This document shows positions 30,601 through 41,022 of a stretch of 64,000 nucleotides of DNA, in pieces. The DNA is taken from the NCBI GenBank assembly GCA_963845185.1, contig CAWJRG010000005.1, positions 224,001-288,000 on the forward strand, in the 5' to 3' direction. Numbering within the stretch: the stretch's first letter is position 1; each line of letters starts with the position of its first letter. A program made the position numbers and the translations under genes. Source of the stretch: an uncultured bacterium (GTDB taxonomy: Bacteria > Oederibacteriota > PGYV01 > CAWJRG01). Below the pieces are notes generated by a model. The model had not been told where the DNA came from. It ran no database searches and saw only the letters and a list, made by a program, of their open reading frames with translations.

Positions 30601-32609
30601 GCAGTATATGTACATGTATACGTTGCAGTCACTGTGTAAGAGTATGTCGGCGTATAAGTTCTTGTATATGTAGGCGATGGAGTATTTGTTGGCGAAGCCG
30701 TCCTGGTGTATGTAAAGGTAGGGGTATAAGTCATGGTCGTTATTGGTGTATTTGTGTATGTAGGAGTTGATATAGGAGTTACAGTCGGACTACGTGTGGG
30801 GGTTGGATTGCAAAATACCCCGGTATATACCGAGTTTGAAAAAGTTGAAGAAGAAGAAGAGTCCGAAGCAATCCCGGCTGTATTAGTTATATTCGATCCG
30901 CACAACGCTGTAACCTGTCCCCACCACGTAACCGCCTGTGCCCCGCCGCATGTACTGCCGATTGTCCAGTTTACCAGGTTTCCGGTTTTTGAGCATGCCG
31001 TGCCTCCGCCGCAGCTTATATAACTTACGCCTGTAGGCACAGTGTCAAATATCCTCGGGTTTGTCGCTGCTGTAAGGCTGAACACTTTTAAGTTATCATA
31101 TTCCTGTGGACCTTCATTCGCTTGAAACCCAACCGCGCCAGCTCCTGTAATACTCGAATTCGTAGTTGTTAAGTCCCATCCTGAATATTCGGTGGTACCT
31201 TTTGGCCAGACTTTCATATAAATATTGCTTCCACATACCATCACTTTTATCGTGTACCATGTGTCAAGGTTTATGCTCATTCCATGCGGGCGCGCGGCAG
31301 TAGTCACGACATTCATAGTTGATGTCCCGGCTATGCATGTGTCCAGGCGCAGCATCTGATCGCTCGCGTTTATCCTTGCCATATAGAAATTACTGGAATC
31401 AACCTGACAAAAATGCAGCACAGCGTCCTCATGTGCCGTATTGGTAGATGGTATAAGTGCATCGAATTCATAAATGCCGTCATGAAGCGAAACATTGTTG
31501 TCTATATAGCCGGTATATCCCGAACCTGTTGCAGTTTGTTCCAGATAACCCGGCGTTGCGTCCCATGTGCCGCCAGCAGGATTATTTGTCCATCCCGATG
31601 GAATTGCGCCATCGTCAAAATTCGCAACATCCACCAGTGTCGTGCCTTCGTTATTGTACACCATTGTATATGTGATGGTATCGCCGGTGTTGAGGTTTGT
31701 AGCTGATTCGCTTTTTGATATAGTCAGTCCTGCGGCACCTATTGTAACATTGGCAGTATTTGAATTCGAGCTTGTTATTTCAGTCGCGCTACCAACAGCG
31801 ACATTCGGTATGACAGTACCTGCAGTTCCTGCATTTACCTGGGCAAGGAAAGAAACAGTTCCTTTTACAGGCGAAGTTATATACCCGCTGTTTACAGTCC
31901 ATGAAATATTTTGCCCGGCAGCTGTCCCGCCGTTATAAACCGTCAGTATTGTAAACCTGCTGTCAACAGCGTCTGTTATTTTAAAATTATGCACATTACC
32001 TGCGTCGTAATAAATAGTGAATAACACTTTTGTTCCCACATTTGCAGTTGTACCTTCCGCTACCTTGTATAGATTTATATAAGGTGAAGTTAGCGGTACT
32101 GTAAAAGATACACATCCCTGCTGATCCGCTGTTATGCCGGTAGCTTGTAAATAAACATTGTAGCTGCCCATCGCAACAACAGCGTAATAAGTATCGCCGG
32201 GAATCAAGGTAGTAGGCATTACAAAAGATTTAGAATAGGAATATGTTCCTGCTACTGTAGGTGTCGGCATATCATTACAACCCGATGAAGTTACACATGA
32301 TAAACAGCCATTAGAATAGCTTGGAGTTGGTACAGCACATGCGTCTCCTACCACAACATTCATCTGTGTGCTGCCACCATAACCGGAAGTAATCGGACAT
32401 TGGTTATAGATTGCGATGAAATACATCTCAGGCTCCGGGCCATAACTGCAGGTATAACTCCAATTTAATGTGGTAGTTTGCCCGGGATTTGGATTTGATG
32501 GACCTAAAGATACATTAGTAATTGCTGTAACAGTGGAAAAAACAGGAGTTTTAAACAAAACAATAATAATGAAAGTTATAAAAATAAGTATACTGACTTT
32601 TTTCATCAT
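27660..32609 (-). CDS. Large secreted surface protein: Cys-rich N-domain, DUF11 domains, lectin-like insert, ~830-aa Thr-rich stalk, C-terminal YPNP/FlgD-Ig sorting domain
   Basis: Signal peptide; GDTITYT..DTVPTG; T-x repeats; C-terminal [27 protein letters not shown]. Confidence 0.85.
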   Translation of the reverse strand: MMKKVSILIFITFIIIVLFKTPVFSTVTAITNVSLGPSNPNPGQTTTLNWSYTCSYGPEPEMYFIAIYNQCPITSGYGGSTQMNVVVGDACAVPTPSYSNGCLSCVTSSGCNDMPTPTVAGTYSYSKSFVMPTTLIPGDTYYAVVAMGSYNVYLQATGITADQQGCVSFTVPLTSPYINLYKVAEGTTANVGTKVLFTIYYDAGNVHNFKITDAVDSRFTILTVYNGGTAAGQNISWTVNSGYITSPVKGTVSFLAQVNAGTAGTVIPNVAVGSATEITSSNSNTANVTIGAAGLTISKSESATNLNTGDTITYTMVYNNEGTTLVDVANFDDGAIPSGWTNNPAGGTWDATPGYLEQTATGSGYTGYIDNNVSLHDGIYEFDALIPSTNTAHEDAVLHFCQVDSSNFYMARINASDQMLRLDTCIAGTSTMNVVTTAARPHGMSINLDTWYTIKVMVCGSNIYMKVWPKGTTEYSGWDLTTTNSSITGAGAVGFQANEGPQEYDNLKVFSLTAATNPRIFDTVPTGVSYISCGGGTACSKTGNLVNWTIGSTCGGAQAVTWWGQVTALCGSNITNTAGIASDSSSSSTFSNSVYTGVFCNPTPTRSPTVTPISTPTYTNTPITTMTYTPTFTYTRTASPTNTPSPTYTRTYTPTYSYTVTATYTCTYTATVTATRTNTTTITPTSSATFTSTIPSTPSYTATRTNTPTATITMSPTYTYTVTATYTFSYTATSTGTRTNTETVTLTNTPSPTPSATATCTNTLSPTCTYTRTVTYTYTYTATITTTPTSTLSVTNTVSVTFTRTNTLTYTQTPTPTATPTYTNTLSPTSSYTQTVTYTYTYTITLTDTPTPTPTSTITTSMTFTRTYTPTYTQSDTPTATPTYTNTLSPTSSYTRTATYTYTYTITLTDTPTITSTITPTYTITMTYTVVIISATITPTYTITPTDTITKTSTPSSTNTVTYTYTYTITLTDTQTPTPTSTITTSMTFTRTYTPTYTQTDTPTATPTYTNTLSPTSSYTRTVTYTYTSTITLTDTPTFTSTSTPTYTITMTYTVVIVSATITPTYTATPTDTITKTSTPSLTSTVTYTYTYTITLTDTPTFSPTLTNTVSATYTRTSTPTYTNTATYTYTDTVTLTSTSTPTYTITMTYTVVIISATFTPTYTITPTDTITMTSTPTLTHTITYTYTYTATLTDTQTPTYTITMTFTQVILSATFTPTYTITPTDTPTYTHTMTSTPTFTPTSTYTYTYTITLTSTYTITPTYTTVIVSATFTPTYTDSPTLTATPTYTNTKTATLTYTGTVTLTYTYTVTITDTFTDTFTATPTYTDSPIDTLTSTPTYSPTMTSTYTFTNTPTDTDTRTITMTFTSTSTPTVTRTYTDTLSPTSTYTHTVTYTYTYTVTETLTRTSSPTITATYTITATPNINTPVTPSVSLSVSGDNPRLGAKITYTLVIDNTSNTTISNISIWDTLPGELSLVSISLPLVPTPTISGNYIAWNLTGTAGTLAPGQSIVVQFTVDLTSFDPAKLPVTNIMVINYNDPFYNVTKHPPVYSNNSFYPEGKPVVYPNPYNPNRAIGGMLKFENVVPGCSIQIYTISGELVSSIEAQSIIAYWDGKNRYGEKVSPGIYYFVITNPGSSAIEGKIFVIYN

Positions 32610-33000
32610 ATTGTTTAACTATCCTCCGAAAACGTTTTCATTACTAAGTATAACACAATTTTTCAATTTTTCAAGTTGATTATTTTAAATGCTTTTTGAG
32701 ACAATTACAGTATTGGAAAGTTGCGAGTGTTTAATTTTATTAAATCAATTTTGCATTTATATCATTATTAGTATTCCACATACATATTAAAGGTTTTTGG
32801 CAAAATCTATAAAATAAAAAGAGATGGTAAAGAGTAATTAATTTCTGGTGAGGGAGCTAAACTCTTTATCCATCTCTTGATTATTAGACATCTAATAATC
32901 AAAAAAGTTCCGATTATTTTCATTTTTTTTTAATAAACCAACCTCCTGATTATTTGGTTATTACATCCCCCAATATTGTTTTTCTTCACTGCTCCATGTT

Positions 33001-33873
33001 TTACATGGCTTTTAGCCGTTCAATCCTTTTATCTATCGGAGGGTGGGTGCTGAATAAGACTTCCTCATTTTCGAGCGCCAAAGGCGATGCAAAATACATG
33101 TGATAAAGCGCCCTGTTGTGCTCTTCCGGTATATAGTTTTCGCCTTTAATCTTTCCAAGAGCGCCTATGAGTCCAGCCGGATATCTGGTCAATAAAACGC
33201 TTTGCGCGTCGGCCATATATTCCCTTTCGCGTGATACGGCATAACTTATTATCATCGCTGCAAACGGCGCCAGTATTGCGACAATAAAAGCGAATAAAAT
33301 AAATCCCGCGCCTCTTTTCCGCGCAACATCAAACGAGCGCCTGAATGATCCTCTCCTTATCCAGTCGGCAATCATCACTATCATGCCCACCAGTACTGCC
33401 GAAACCGATGACACAAGTATGTCATATTCTTTTATATGGCTCATTTCATGCCCGATTACGCCTTCAAGCTCCAGCTTTTCGAGCTGTTGCAAGGCGCCTT
33501 CAGTGACGGCTATTGTGCTGTGTTTGGGATTTCTTCCGGTGGCAAAAGCATTGATTGACTGGTCATGCAGCACAAATATCTGCGGCGTCGGCACTCCCGC
33601 GGCAAGCGCCAGGCCTTCGACAGAATAAAAAAGCTGCGGATGGATTTTGCGGTCCGCTGCTTCCGCTCCTGAAATGGTGAGTATTATAGAGTCACTGTAA
33701 TAATAAGATGTGAACATTGCTATTATGGAAATAATAAAAGCTATGCCTATCCCATAGTAAACCTGGCCGTATATTTCTCCAAGGACATAGCCGAGCCCCA
33801 CAAGCACAAGAAAATACCCGAAAAAAAGTACAAATGTGTTGAATTTATTTTTGCCTATTTCTTCATAGACCAT
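33001..33873 (-). CDS. htpX: HtpX-family M48 zinc metalloprotease
   Basis: NAFATG, HEMSH, SREREYMAD, FSTHPP. Confidence 0.92.
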   Translation of the reverse strand: MVYEEIGKNKFNTFVLFFGYFLVLVGLGYVLGEIYGQVYYGIGIAFIISIIAMFTSYYYSDSIILTISGAEAADRKIHPQLFYSVEGLALAAGVPTPQIFVLHDQSINAFATGRNPKHSTIAVTEGALQQLEKLELEGVIGHEMSHIKEYDILVSSVSAVLVGMIVMIADWIRRGSFRRSFDVARKRGAGFILFAFIVAILAPFAAMIISYAVSREREYMADAQSVLLTRYPAGLIGALGKIKGENYIPEEHNRALYHMYFASPLALENEEVLFSTHPPIDKRIERLKAM

Positions 33874-33896
33874 AGGTTTGCCTTTGATTAATAGTT

Positions 33897-34451
33897 TTAA
33901 AACTTCACTTCCGGCTTTTTCCTGTCTTCCTCGGTTATCTCAAAATAAGCATTTTGCTTATGGCCAAACATTGTTGCAAACATGGCAGCCGGGAATTCCT
34001 GCTGGTACTGGTTGTAATACCTCACACACTCGTTGTAAAACTGCCTTGCATAAGCTATTTTACCTTCTATGCCCGACAATTCCTGCTGCAGATTCATGAA
34101 ATTCTGGTCGGCTTTCAGCTGCGGGTAGTTTTCGACTACGGCAAAAAGGGATTTTAATGCGCCTGCTAGCGCGTTGTTTGCGTCTATGGTTTTTGATATA
34201 TCGCCGCCCGCGCCCTGCATCATTGCCCGCGCTTTTGTAACATCTTCGAGCACCGTGCGTTCATGAGCGGCATAACCTTTTACCGTCTCGACAAGGTTCG
34301 GTATTAAATCCGACCTTAGTTTCAGCTGGACATCAATCTGCGCCCATGCCTCGTTTGACCTGTTCCTCAAAATAACCAGTTTGTTAAAAATAAATGTTAC
34401 ATAAAAAATTAAAAAAAGTACAACTGCTCCGACTGCGATTAATATTGTCAT
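33897..34451 (-). CDS. lemA: LemA family protein
   Basis: AWAQIDVQL..LIPNLVETVKGYAAHE, ENYPQLKA; start at MTILI with GGAGG SD. Confidence 0.94.
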   Translation of the reverse strand: MTILIAVGAVVLFLIFYVTFIFNKLVILRNRSNEAWAQIDVQLKLRSDLIPNLVETVKGYAAHERTVLEDVTKARAMMQGAGGDISKTIDANNALAGALKSLFAVVENYPQLKADQNFMNLQQELSGIEGKIAYARQFYNECVRYYNQYQQEFPAAMFATMFGHKQNAYFEITEEDRKKPEVKF

Positions 34452-34462
34452 ACTGTACCTCC

Positions 34463-34561
34463 CAAGCAAGAGTTTATTTTGCAAACCCGTAGGGTGCAGC
34501 AAAATATTACTCTTGCTTGCACCCGTTCCAGTCCAAGGCGATAGCCGAGGACAAGCGGTGC
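34463..34561 (-). repeat. Family A SD-abutting double hairpin (lemA leader)
   Basis: caagcaagag-taa-tattttgc..gcaaaata-aa-ctcttgcttg running into GGGAGG; second hairpin gtcc..ggac. Confidence 0.92.
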
Positions 34562-34681
34562 TATTTTAATAATTATTAGTTTACATTGTTTCTTTTCACA
34601 TCTAAAACCCAAAATCTAAATTCTAAAATTATACTGCTTACCCCTTACCCCATACCACTTTTCACTCTTATTTTTAAGCGC

Positions 34682-35659
34682 CTACTGCGCCCACCATACA
34701 TCGTTCTTATAATTGCTACTCCCTTCAGAACCTGCTATTACCCACATTTTATTGCTGAATGCCACGCTTGTATGGTTTCCCCTTATACTGAAACCCGCGG
34801 CTGCAGTTGCCTGATGCCAGTTTATGCCGTCAGCCGAATACCATACGTCGTTTTCATAACCGGCATTGCTGTCTGACCCGGCTATGACCCACATTGCGTT
34901 GTTGTATACTATGCTGGTATGGTAGTCCCTTGCCGGAAATGCCGCGTTGCCTGTAGCTTCTGCCCAGTTTGCGCCGTCAGACGAATACCAGACATCATTT
35001 TTATAACTGTTGTCATAACCTGCTATGACCCACATTTTATTGTTAAATACTACGCTTGTATGCCCTGCTCTTGCGCTGAATGCTGCTGATGCTGTCGCAG
35101 TTAACCAGTTTGCGCCATCTTCCGAATACCATACATCCTTCGTATATCCGCCAAATACGCCGCCTATTACCCACATTGCATTGTTATATACAACACTTGT
35201 ATGCGAATATCTGTTGCCAAAAGCTGCATTTTGTGTGGTAGCCATCCAGTCAACGCCGTCTGTTGAATACCATGCGTCGCTTATGCCGCCGCTGACGCCA
35301 TACCCGCCTATCACCCACATTGCGTTGTTAAATGCTATGCTTGTATGCATTATTCTTGCATTGAAAGCAGTCCCTGAAACAGACTGCTGCCAGTATGTTC
35401 CATCCATTGAATACCATACGTCATTGAAAAGGCTGGTGCTGTTTCCCCCTGCTATCACCCACATTGCGCCGTCATAAACCACGCTGCTATGGTAATTCCG
35501 TGCGCTGAAATCAGCTGCCCTGGATGCCTCTGTCCATGCAGTACCTGATACAGCCGTAGCTGCCGGCGCAGGAAAAGCCGGGTTGACAGTTTTTTTGCAT
35601 CCTAGCGTCAGGATAAGCGTAACAGCTATTATGAAAGCCCCCGATAGTACCTTTTTCAA
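34682..35659 (-). CDS. Kelch-like six-bladed beta-propeller lipoprotein
   Basis: Lipobox LTLGC; six repeats of F.AR..HTS(V/I)..N.MWVI(A/G)G..NDVWYS.DG..W. Confidence 0.85.
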   Translation of the reverse strand: MKKVLSGAFIIAVTLILTLGCKKTVNPAFPAPAATAVSGTAWTEASRAADFSARNYHSSVVYDGAMWVIAGGNSTSLFNDVWYSMDGTYWQQSVSGTAFNARIMHTSIAFNNAMWVIGGYGVSGGISDAWYSTDGVDWMATTQNAAFGNRYSHTSVVYNNAMWVIGGVFGGYTKDVWYSEDGANWLTATASAAFSARAGHTSVVFNNKMWVIAGYDNSYKNDVWYSSDGANWAEATGNAAFPARDYHTSIVYNNAMWVIAGSDSNAGYENDVWYSADGINWHQATAAAGFSIRGNHTSVAFSNKMWVIAGSEGSSNYKNDVWWAQ

Positions 35660-35660
35660 C

Positions 35661-36167
35661 TTAAAATTCCTTTGCTATTTGTATTATTGTTTCGTTTTTC
35701 GCGTTGTTATATCCGGCCTTTATCTGAACAGGAAAAGCATTGTGCAGCCAAAAGTAATCTACCAGAGTGTATAGTACACAGGCGCTGCCGGCTGCCAGTG
35801 GAATCACAACATTTGAAACCCTTGAGTCCACTTTATCTTTTTCATACATAAGCCGCCAGTAATTTGCCTCGGTCGTGTTGTCAATCTGAGCCTTTAATGT
35901 ATTATATGCATCCGCTTGCGAGTTATAGTCCTCTATTGCCCATACCGTAAGCCCTGCTAAAGCCACATCCGATACTAAAATCGCCCAGCCGTATCCCGTA
36001 ATTGACTGGATTGTTTCCGGGCCATTGACTTTAGCTGATGCAGTCAGCGGTATTGCATTCGCTGTCTCCGTCAAGGATACAGCAACCGTGTTGGTATTGC
36101 CGCTTTCACCGAAAATAAACGCGGAAAATAATAATAAAACTATTAAGAAAATTGCTGTTTTTTTCAT
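35661..36167 (-). CDS. Hypothetical exported/membrane protein
   Basis: Signal peptide, two hydrophobic segments, C-terminal Phe; GGAGG SD. Confidence 0.65.
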   Translation of the reverse strand: MKKTAIFLIVLLLFSAFIFGESGNTNTVAVSLTETANAIPLTASAKVNGPETIQSITGYGWAILVSDVALAGLTVWAIEDYNSQADAYNTLKAQIDNTTEANYWRLMYEKDKVDSRVSNVVIPLAAGSACVLYTLVDYFWLHNAFPVQIKAGYNNAKNETIIQIAKEF

Positions 36168-36266
36168 TGTTTACAACACCTCCATTTTGAATTTTTACCG
36201 CTGAAAAAATTATATCAAACCCCTATCGCCGAGGTCAAGCTAAATAAAAATACATTTAGTAGTGGT

Positions 36267-37049
36267 TCACTCCGAAAGTTTTATTATCATGCCGTTTTTT
36301 CTTGCCCTTCTATGCGCTATATTCAATAGATAAAAAAGCAGTATGATATAGAATGCCGTTATGCCAAACCCTATGGATAACGGGTGCGGAAAAACAGGCT
36401 TAAAGCCGTAGCCTGTCCTGAAATACTCGAGAAAATACGTGACCGGTATTAATGCCGAGATATATTGCACGGCTTTCGGAAGCATGTTGACAGGGTAATA
36501 AATCCCGCATATCAGCATTATAATCGTCGTTACCATCCATACTATTTCCACTATCCTCTGGCCGAAAAAAAGTATTATAAAAATCACGCTCATGCCTATT
36601 ATAAGTGCGCTTAAAAAAATCCCTATTATGGATAAAACTACTATTTGAGGCGCCGGCAGGTAAAAATGAAATGCCCACATGGAAAAACCGCCAAGTGCCA
36701 CGTAAACAATAATTCCCCTTACAAGCCCGAAAAGCCATGACCCCAATATATAATCATAATGTGAAATTGGCGTCACAAAGGTCTGCTTTAAGCTCTTCGA
36801 CCACACGTCAAAAAGCAGGCCGTACGCTACATCCACCTGCGTGACCTGCAAAGCGCCCGACACTATTGCTCCGGTCAGTAGAAAAGCCCTCATATCCGCC
36901 GACAGGGAAAGGAAATTTCCCATCATTCCTATTGATATGACACCTATCGCAGGCCAGAATAGTATCTCAACAAAGGCGTAAAAGTTCCTTTTTGCGAAAA
37001 TATAGCTCCTGTAAGTGAAAGCAAGTATTTTATTGATTTGCGAGAGCAA
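36267..37049 (-). CDS. ABC-2 type exporter permease
   Basis: Six TM segments, CGIYYPVNMLP; adjacent to ATPase. Confidence 0.88.
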   Translation of the reverse strand: MLSQINKILAFTYRSYIFAKRNFYAFVEILFWPAIGVISIGMMGNFLSLSADMRAFLLTGAIVSGALQVTQVDVAYGLLFDVWSKSLKQTFVTPISHYDYILGSWLFGLVRGIIVYVALGGFSMWAFHFYLPAPQIVVLSIIGIFLSALIIGMSVIFIILFFGQRIVEIVWMVTTIIMLICGIYYPVNMLPKAVQYISALIPVTYFLEYFRTGYGFKPVFPHPLSIGFGITAFYIILLFYLLNIAHRRARKNGMIIKLSE

Positions 37050-37788
37050 TGAACATTCCCTCCAGGTCTTTTGTTTTGGTGGATTTTTTCAGCTCCGATT
37101 TTGTTCCGAGCGCTATTATTTTCCCGTTTCTTATGAAAGCTATCCTGCCGCACAATTCCTCTGCTTCAGGCATGTAATGTGTGGTCAGTATTGTGGTTAT
37201 GTCCCTTTCCCTGTGTATTTTATTTATTAGCTTGCGTGTCTTATGCGCTATGTCCGGGTCAAGACCTGTAGTCGGCTCGTCAAGAAGCAGTATCTCGGGG
37301 TCGTTGAGCATGGCTTTTGCCATGGCAAGCTTCTGCTTGTTGCCGGTTGAAAGTTCGTCATAAAGCACCCTGCGGTTTTCTTCAAGGTCAAAAATTTCAA
37401 TATTATGTTCTATCCTGTGTTTGAGGTCCCTGCCCGAAAAGCCGTAAAGCATGCCGTAAAACCTCAGGGCTTCTTCCACGTTTAACGACCACGGAAAATT
37501 CGGGTTCCCCGAGCACATATTCATGCGCGACTTTATATTATTGCTGAAATTTTTTGTCACGTCGTGCCCCATAACCCCTACGCTGCCTTCGTCCGTTTCA
37601 AGCTGTCCTATCAGGATATTCAAAAAGGTTGTCTTTCCTGCGCCGTTTGGACCAAGCACTCCGAATATCTCGCCTTTTTTGATATCAAGGTCTATTCCAC
37701 GCAGCGCTTGCGTCTTTCTCCTTCCAAACATGCCGCTTTTGTAGGTTTTATGAATGCCTCTTACTTCTATTATATTTTCGTTTTTCAT
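37030..37788 (-). CDS. ABC transporter ATP-binding protein
   Basis: GPNGAGKT, LSTGN, LLLDEPT, TTHYM. Confidence 0.94.
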   Translation of the reverse strand: MKNENIIEVRGIHKTYKSGMFGRRKTQALRGIDLDIKKGEIFGVLGPNGAGKTTFLNILIGQLETDEGSVGVMGHDVTKNFSNNIKSRMNMCSGNPNFPWSLNVEEALRFYGMLYGFSGRDLKHRIEHNIEIFDLEENRRVLYDELSTGNKQKLAMAKAMLNDPEILLLDEPTTGLDPDIAHKTRKLINKIHRERDITTILTTHYMPEAEELCGRIAFIRNGKIIALGTKSELKKSTKTKDLEGMFIALANQ

Positions 37789-37821
37789 ATTATCCTTTTT
37801 TTTAAATACCTGTCATTGCGA

Positions 37822-37890
37822 GAGTTAAGAAGTCCAGTGGACTTCTTAACGGGTAGTCACATCATTTTTTTATAATATAAAAACTACCCT
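37822..37890 (+). mobile_element. Element B (~69 bp double hairpin) inserted in a GTCATTGCGAG-type repeat
   Basis: gttaagaagtcc-agt-ggacttcttaac gggtagt..actaccc; flanks gtcattgcga | aaagtaacgaagca. Confidence 0.7.
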
Positions 37891-37928
37891 AAAGTAACGA
37901 AGCATTGACATACTTAAAGTGGCATAGT

Positions 37929-38840
37929 TTATTTTGTCTTTATTATATATTTCTCCACCATGTGATGCGGATAATAAGACATTTTGGCCTTTCTTAACCC
38001 CTCATTGCCTAAATCCTGTTCCCTGTTTATGAATTTGAATTTACCAAGGAATTTCTCGCAGAACATCTGGTTTATTGCCTGATAAATGCCCTTGAACTCA
38101 TGGTTCGCCTTTTCAATATGCACAACCGCGGTTTCAGGGTTTAATTCGCCTGCTACTGTAAACCCGTGCATTATGCTGTCTATTTTCAATGCTGCGCCTA
38201 TCACCGGAAGCTTTTCATAATTTTCCAGTATTTCCATGACTGCAATATTCTCGTTTAAAAGCGAAATGTCGTCCTTGCACGGTTTCATATCACACCATTT
38301 TTTTTGAAAATCTATGCATTCCTTTGTTACTTTGCCTTCTATAGCCACAAACTCGTGATTTGGGTACATGTTTTTAAATTTTTTTATCTGATTCCTTTTC
38401 CCGTCATACTTCCTGCCTTTTAATCCCACGAGGTCTTCTCTCAGGTAAACATAATCCCATTCCTTCCTGTCTTCTTCCACGGCAAACTCATCCTTAAGGC
38501 TCGGGAACCTATCGATAATCTCTTTTGTCGCTGCGAAAATCTGCGCGCATTTCCCGGCCCGGTCGCAGTTGCTCAACAGCGCCTGTATAGTTTTTAAAAT
38601 ATCGTTTTCGCCTATTGGCGGGAAAAAATAATGAGTGCCTTCCCTTTCTATCTCAACGCATATATTGCCGTTAAAACGCGATATTTTTCTTTCCTTTATA
38701 ACGCGCCAGGCAAACAATTCGGTAAACATAAGCTCCGAGACTTGCGGCAGGTATTTTTTTAGCGCAGCTTCGACAATCTCTCTGTGTTCCATGCCAAAAG
38801 AAACGCTTTCAGGGTATTCTGGTAAATGATTTATATTCAT
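37929..38840 (-). CDS. DUF2156 (aminoacyl-PG synthase C-terminal-like, GNAT) protein
   Basis: DYVY..LKGRKY..KRN, HIEKA, INREQDLG..GLRKAK.SY.P. Confidence 0.88.
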   Translation of the reverse strand: MNINHLPEYPESVSFGMEHREIVEAALKKYLPQVSELMFTELFAWRVIKERKISRFNGNICVEIEREGTHYFFPPIGENDILKTIQALLSNCDRAGKCAQIFAATKEIIDRFPSLKDEFAVEEDRKEWDYVYLREDLVGLKGRKYDGKRNQIKKFKNMYPNHEFVAIEGKVTKECIDFQKKWCDMKPCKDDISLLNENIAVMEILENYEKLPVIGAALKIDSIMHGFTVAGELNPETAVVHIEKANHEFKGIYQAINQMFCEKFLGKFKFINREQDLGNEGLRKAKMSYYPHHMVEKYIIKTK

Positions 38841-38886
38841 ATGTTTTTCACGGGTAAAAATTTCTCCTTTGGTAAGATCTCGAGGT

Positions 38887-39915
38887 TTATAAGATTATCA
38901 CCTTGCCGTTACCTTTTGTAATTTCCCCTATATTATAAACTTTTTCTTTTCTTTCAATTAAAAATTTTTTTATTGCAGATTCTTTTTTCCTGTCCACTAT
39001 AAGCACCATGCCTATACCCATGTTATAAACACGGTGCATTTCAATATCATTTACTTTTCCAAGCTTTTGGATTAGTTTGAATATCGGCAAAATTTTCCAG
39101 CTGAATTTATTAATGACACAGTTTGTGTTTTTCGGCATGACTCTCGGTATATTGTCGTAAAATCCTCCTCCTGTCAGGTGAGCTATTCCGTGAACATGTT
39201 TAAAATATTTTTGTATCAGCGGGTAAACGGATTTTAAATAAGATTTATGAGGTTTCAAAAGCGCTGCGCCAAGCGTCGTGCCCAGCTCCTTAATATGCCT
39301 TGTATATGGAATGTTTTTGCCTTCAAATATCTTCCGCGCAAGCGAATACCCGTTTGTATGCAGCCCCACTGACGCAAGGCCCAGCACAACATCGCCTTTT
39401 TTGACTTTTTCCCCTGTTATTATCCTGCCTTTATCTATTTGGCCGATAATGGTGCCTACGAGGTCATAATCCCCCTGTTTGTACATGCCCGGCATTTCTG
39501 CTGTTTCCCCGCCGATTAACACACACTTATTTTCTCTGCAGGCTTTTGACAGGCCTTTTATTACGTCAACAAGCACATTGCCCCGGAGCTTACCTGTGCC
39601 GAAATAATCGAGAAAAAACAGGGGTTTTGCGCCCATTACAAGTATGTCGTTTACACAATGGTTCACTATGTCGCAACCCACAGTATCATGGATATTCAGT
39701 TGCTGGGCTATTTTTAATTTTGTACCTACCCCGTCCGTGCTTGCCACGAGCAGCCTGTTATCTGCTCCTTCAAGCCTGTACACGCCGCCAAATGAGCCGA
39801 TATCCGTGGCTGTATTTTTGTTAAAAGTTGACTTGATAAAAGCTTTTGCCCTGTTCAGCGCTTTTGCTGCAGCATCTATGTCAACTCCGGATTTTTTATA
39901 CAAATTTGACTTCAT
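38887..39915 (-). CDS. purM: Phosphoribosylformylglycinamidine cyclo-ligase
   Basis: YKKSGVDI, STDGVGTK, GGETAEMPG, HLTGGG. Confidence 0.96.
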   Translation of the reverse strand: MKSNLYKKSGVDIDAAAKALNRAKAFIKSTFNKNTATDIGSFGGVYRLEGADNRLLVASTDGVGTKLKIAQQLNIHDTVGCDIVNHCVNDILVMGAKPLFFLDYFGTGKLRGNVLVDVIKGLSKACRENKCVLIGGETAEMPGMYKQGDYDLVGTIIGQIDKGRIITGEKVKKGDVVLGLASVGLHTNGYSLARKIFEGKNIPYTRHIKELGTTLGAALLKPHKSYLKSVYPLIQKYFKHVHGIAHLTGGGFYDNIPRVMPKNTNCVINKFSWKILPIFKLIQKLGKVNDIEMHRVYNMGIGMVLIVDRKKESAIKKFLIERKEKVYNIGEITKGNGKVIIL

Positions 39916-39953
39916 TTGATTTTCCTTTTTTCAATTTGAATTTACTGCGAATT

Positions 39954-41021
39954 TCAGAACTTCGGATACGACCCGAGTATTTTCACAAACCCGCACTCCC
40001 TTGCTACTTCGGCCAGTGCTTTTTTAACCTTAAAATCGTCCTTATACCCGGTAAAATCCACAAAAAAATAATAATCCCATGCCTTTTTTCCCGAAGGCCT
40101 TGATTCAATGCTTGTCAGGTTTATGCCGTATTTTGAAAGCGGCTTCAAAAGATTGTAAAGGGCTCCGACTTTGTCTTTTATCGAAACCATTATGGAAGTT
40201 TTGTCATTCCCTGTTTTTCTGCTTTCTTCTTTGCCGAGGATAAAAAATCTTGTGGTATTGTCCGTCATATCCTCAATTGATGAAGCAATTATATTCAATT
40301 TATACATTGACGCAGCAAGTTTGTCGCCTATGCCGGCTGATTTTTTATCTTTTGCGGCCAGCATTGCTGATTTTGAATTGCTGGAAACTTCCTTGAGCTC
40401 GGCATGGGGCAAATTTGCCTCAAGCCAGTTCCTGCACTGTGCCCTAGTCTGGGGGTGAACGTAAACAACTTTTATGTCTTTTAAGTGTTTTGCTTTCGAT
40501 AGAAGATTGTGCTTAATATCCAGCATTACTTCGGAGCATATTTTCAGGTCAAAATCCGCAAACATGTCAAATGTGTAATTGACCGCGCCTTCGGTTGAGT
40601 TCTCTACAGGCACTACGCCATAATCAACATTGCCTTTTTCAACTTCCATAAACACATCTTTTATGCTTTCCGCCGGTATGTATTCCGTTGCACTGCCGAA
40701 CCTCTTCATAGCCGCGAGGTGCGTATAGGACGCCGGCGCTCCGAAATAAGCTACCCTGACTTTCCTCTGCAAATCCCTGCTGGCGGAAAAAATCTCGTTA
40801 TATACCGCCTCAATGGCCCGATGCGGGAACTTCCCTTTTGAGGCTTTTTTAATATTGTTCAGTACATTCGCTTCTCTTGCCGGGTCGTACACTCCGCTTT
40901 CGTTTTTAATTTTTAAACCGGCTATATTTTTTACAGCTGTGGCCCTCTCGTCAAGAAGACTGACTATTTTTTTATCTATAATGTCAATCTGCTTCCTTAT
41001 GCCTTTTATATCTTTTGCCAT
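39954..41021 (-). CDS. pheA: Chorismate mutase / prephenate dehydratase
   Basis: N-terminal CM domain, PVENSTEG, NTTRF, IESRP, LGSYP. Confidence 0.96.
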   Translation of the reverse strand: MAKDIKGIRKQIDIIDKKIVSLLDERATAVKNIAGLKIKNESGVYDPAREANVLNNIKKASKGKFPHRAIEAVYNEIFSASRDLQRKVRVAYFGAPASYTHLAAMKRFGSATEYIPAESIKDVFMEVEKGNVDYGVVPVENSTEGAVNYTFDMFADFDLKICSEVMLDIKHNLLSKAKHLKDIKVVYVHPQTRAQCRNWLEANLPHAELKEVSSNSKSAMLAAKDKKSAGIGDKLAASMYKLNIIASSIEDMTDNTTRFFILGKEESRKTGNDKTSIMVSIKDKVGALYNLLKPLSKYGINLTSIESRPSGKKAWDYYFFVDFTGYKDDFKVKKALAEVARECGFVKILGSYPKF

Positions 41022-41022
41022 A

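Noticed and set aside
28320..30810. Possible CRISPR array or DNA tandem-repeat locus
   Set aside because: Repeats are degenerate, in-frame and codon-driven; no constant repeat/unique spacer structure and no cas genes
37822..37890. Element B as a TnpB/IscB omegaRNA guide scaffold
   Set aside because: The gggtagtcac end is reminiscent of IS605 ends, but the element is far shorter than such scaffolds and no nuclease gene is in the window
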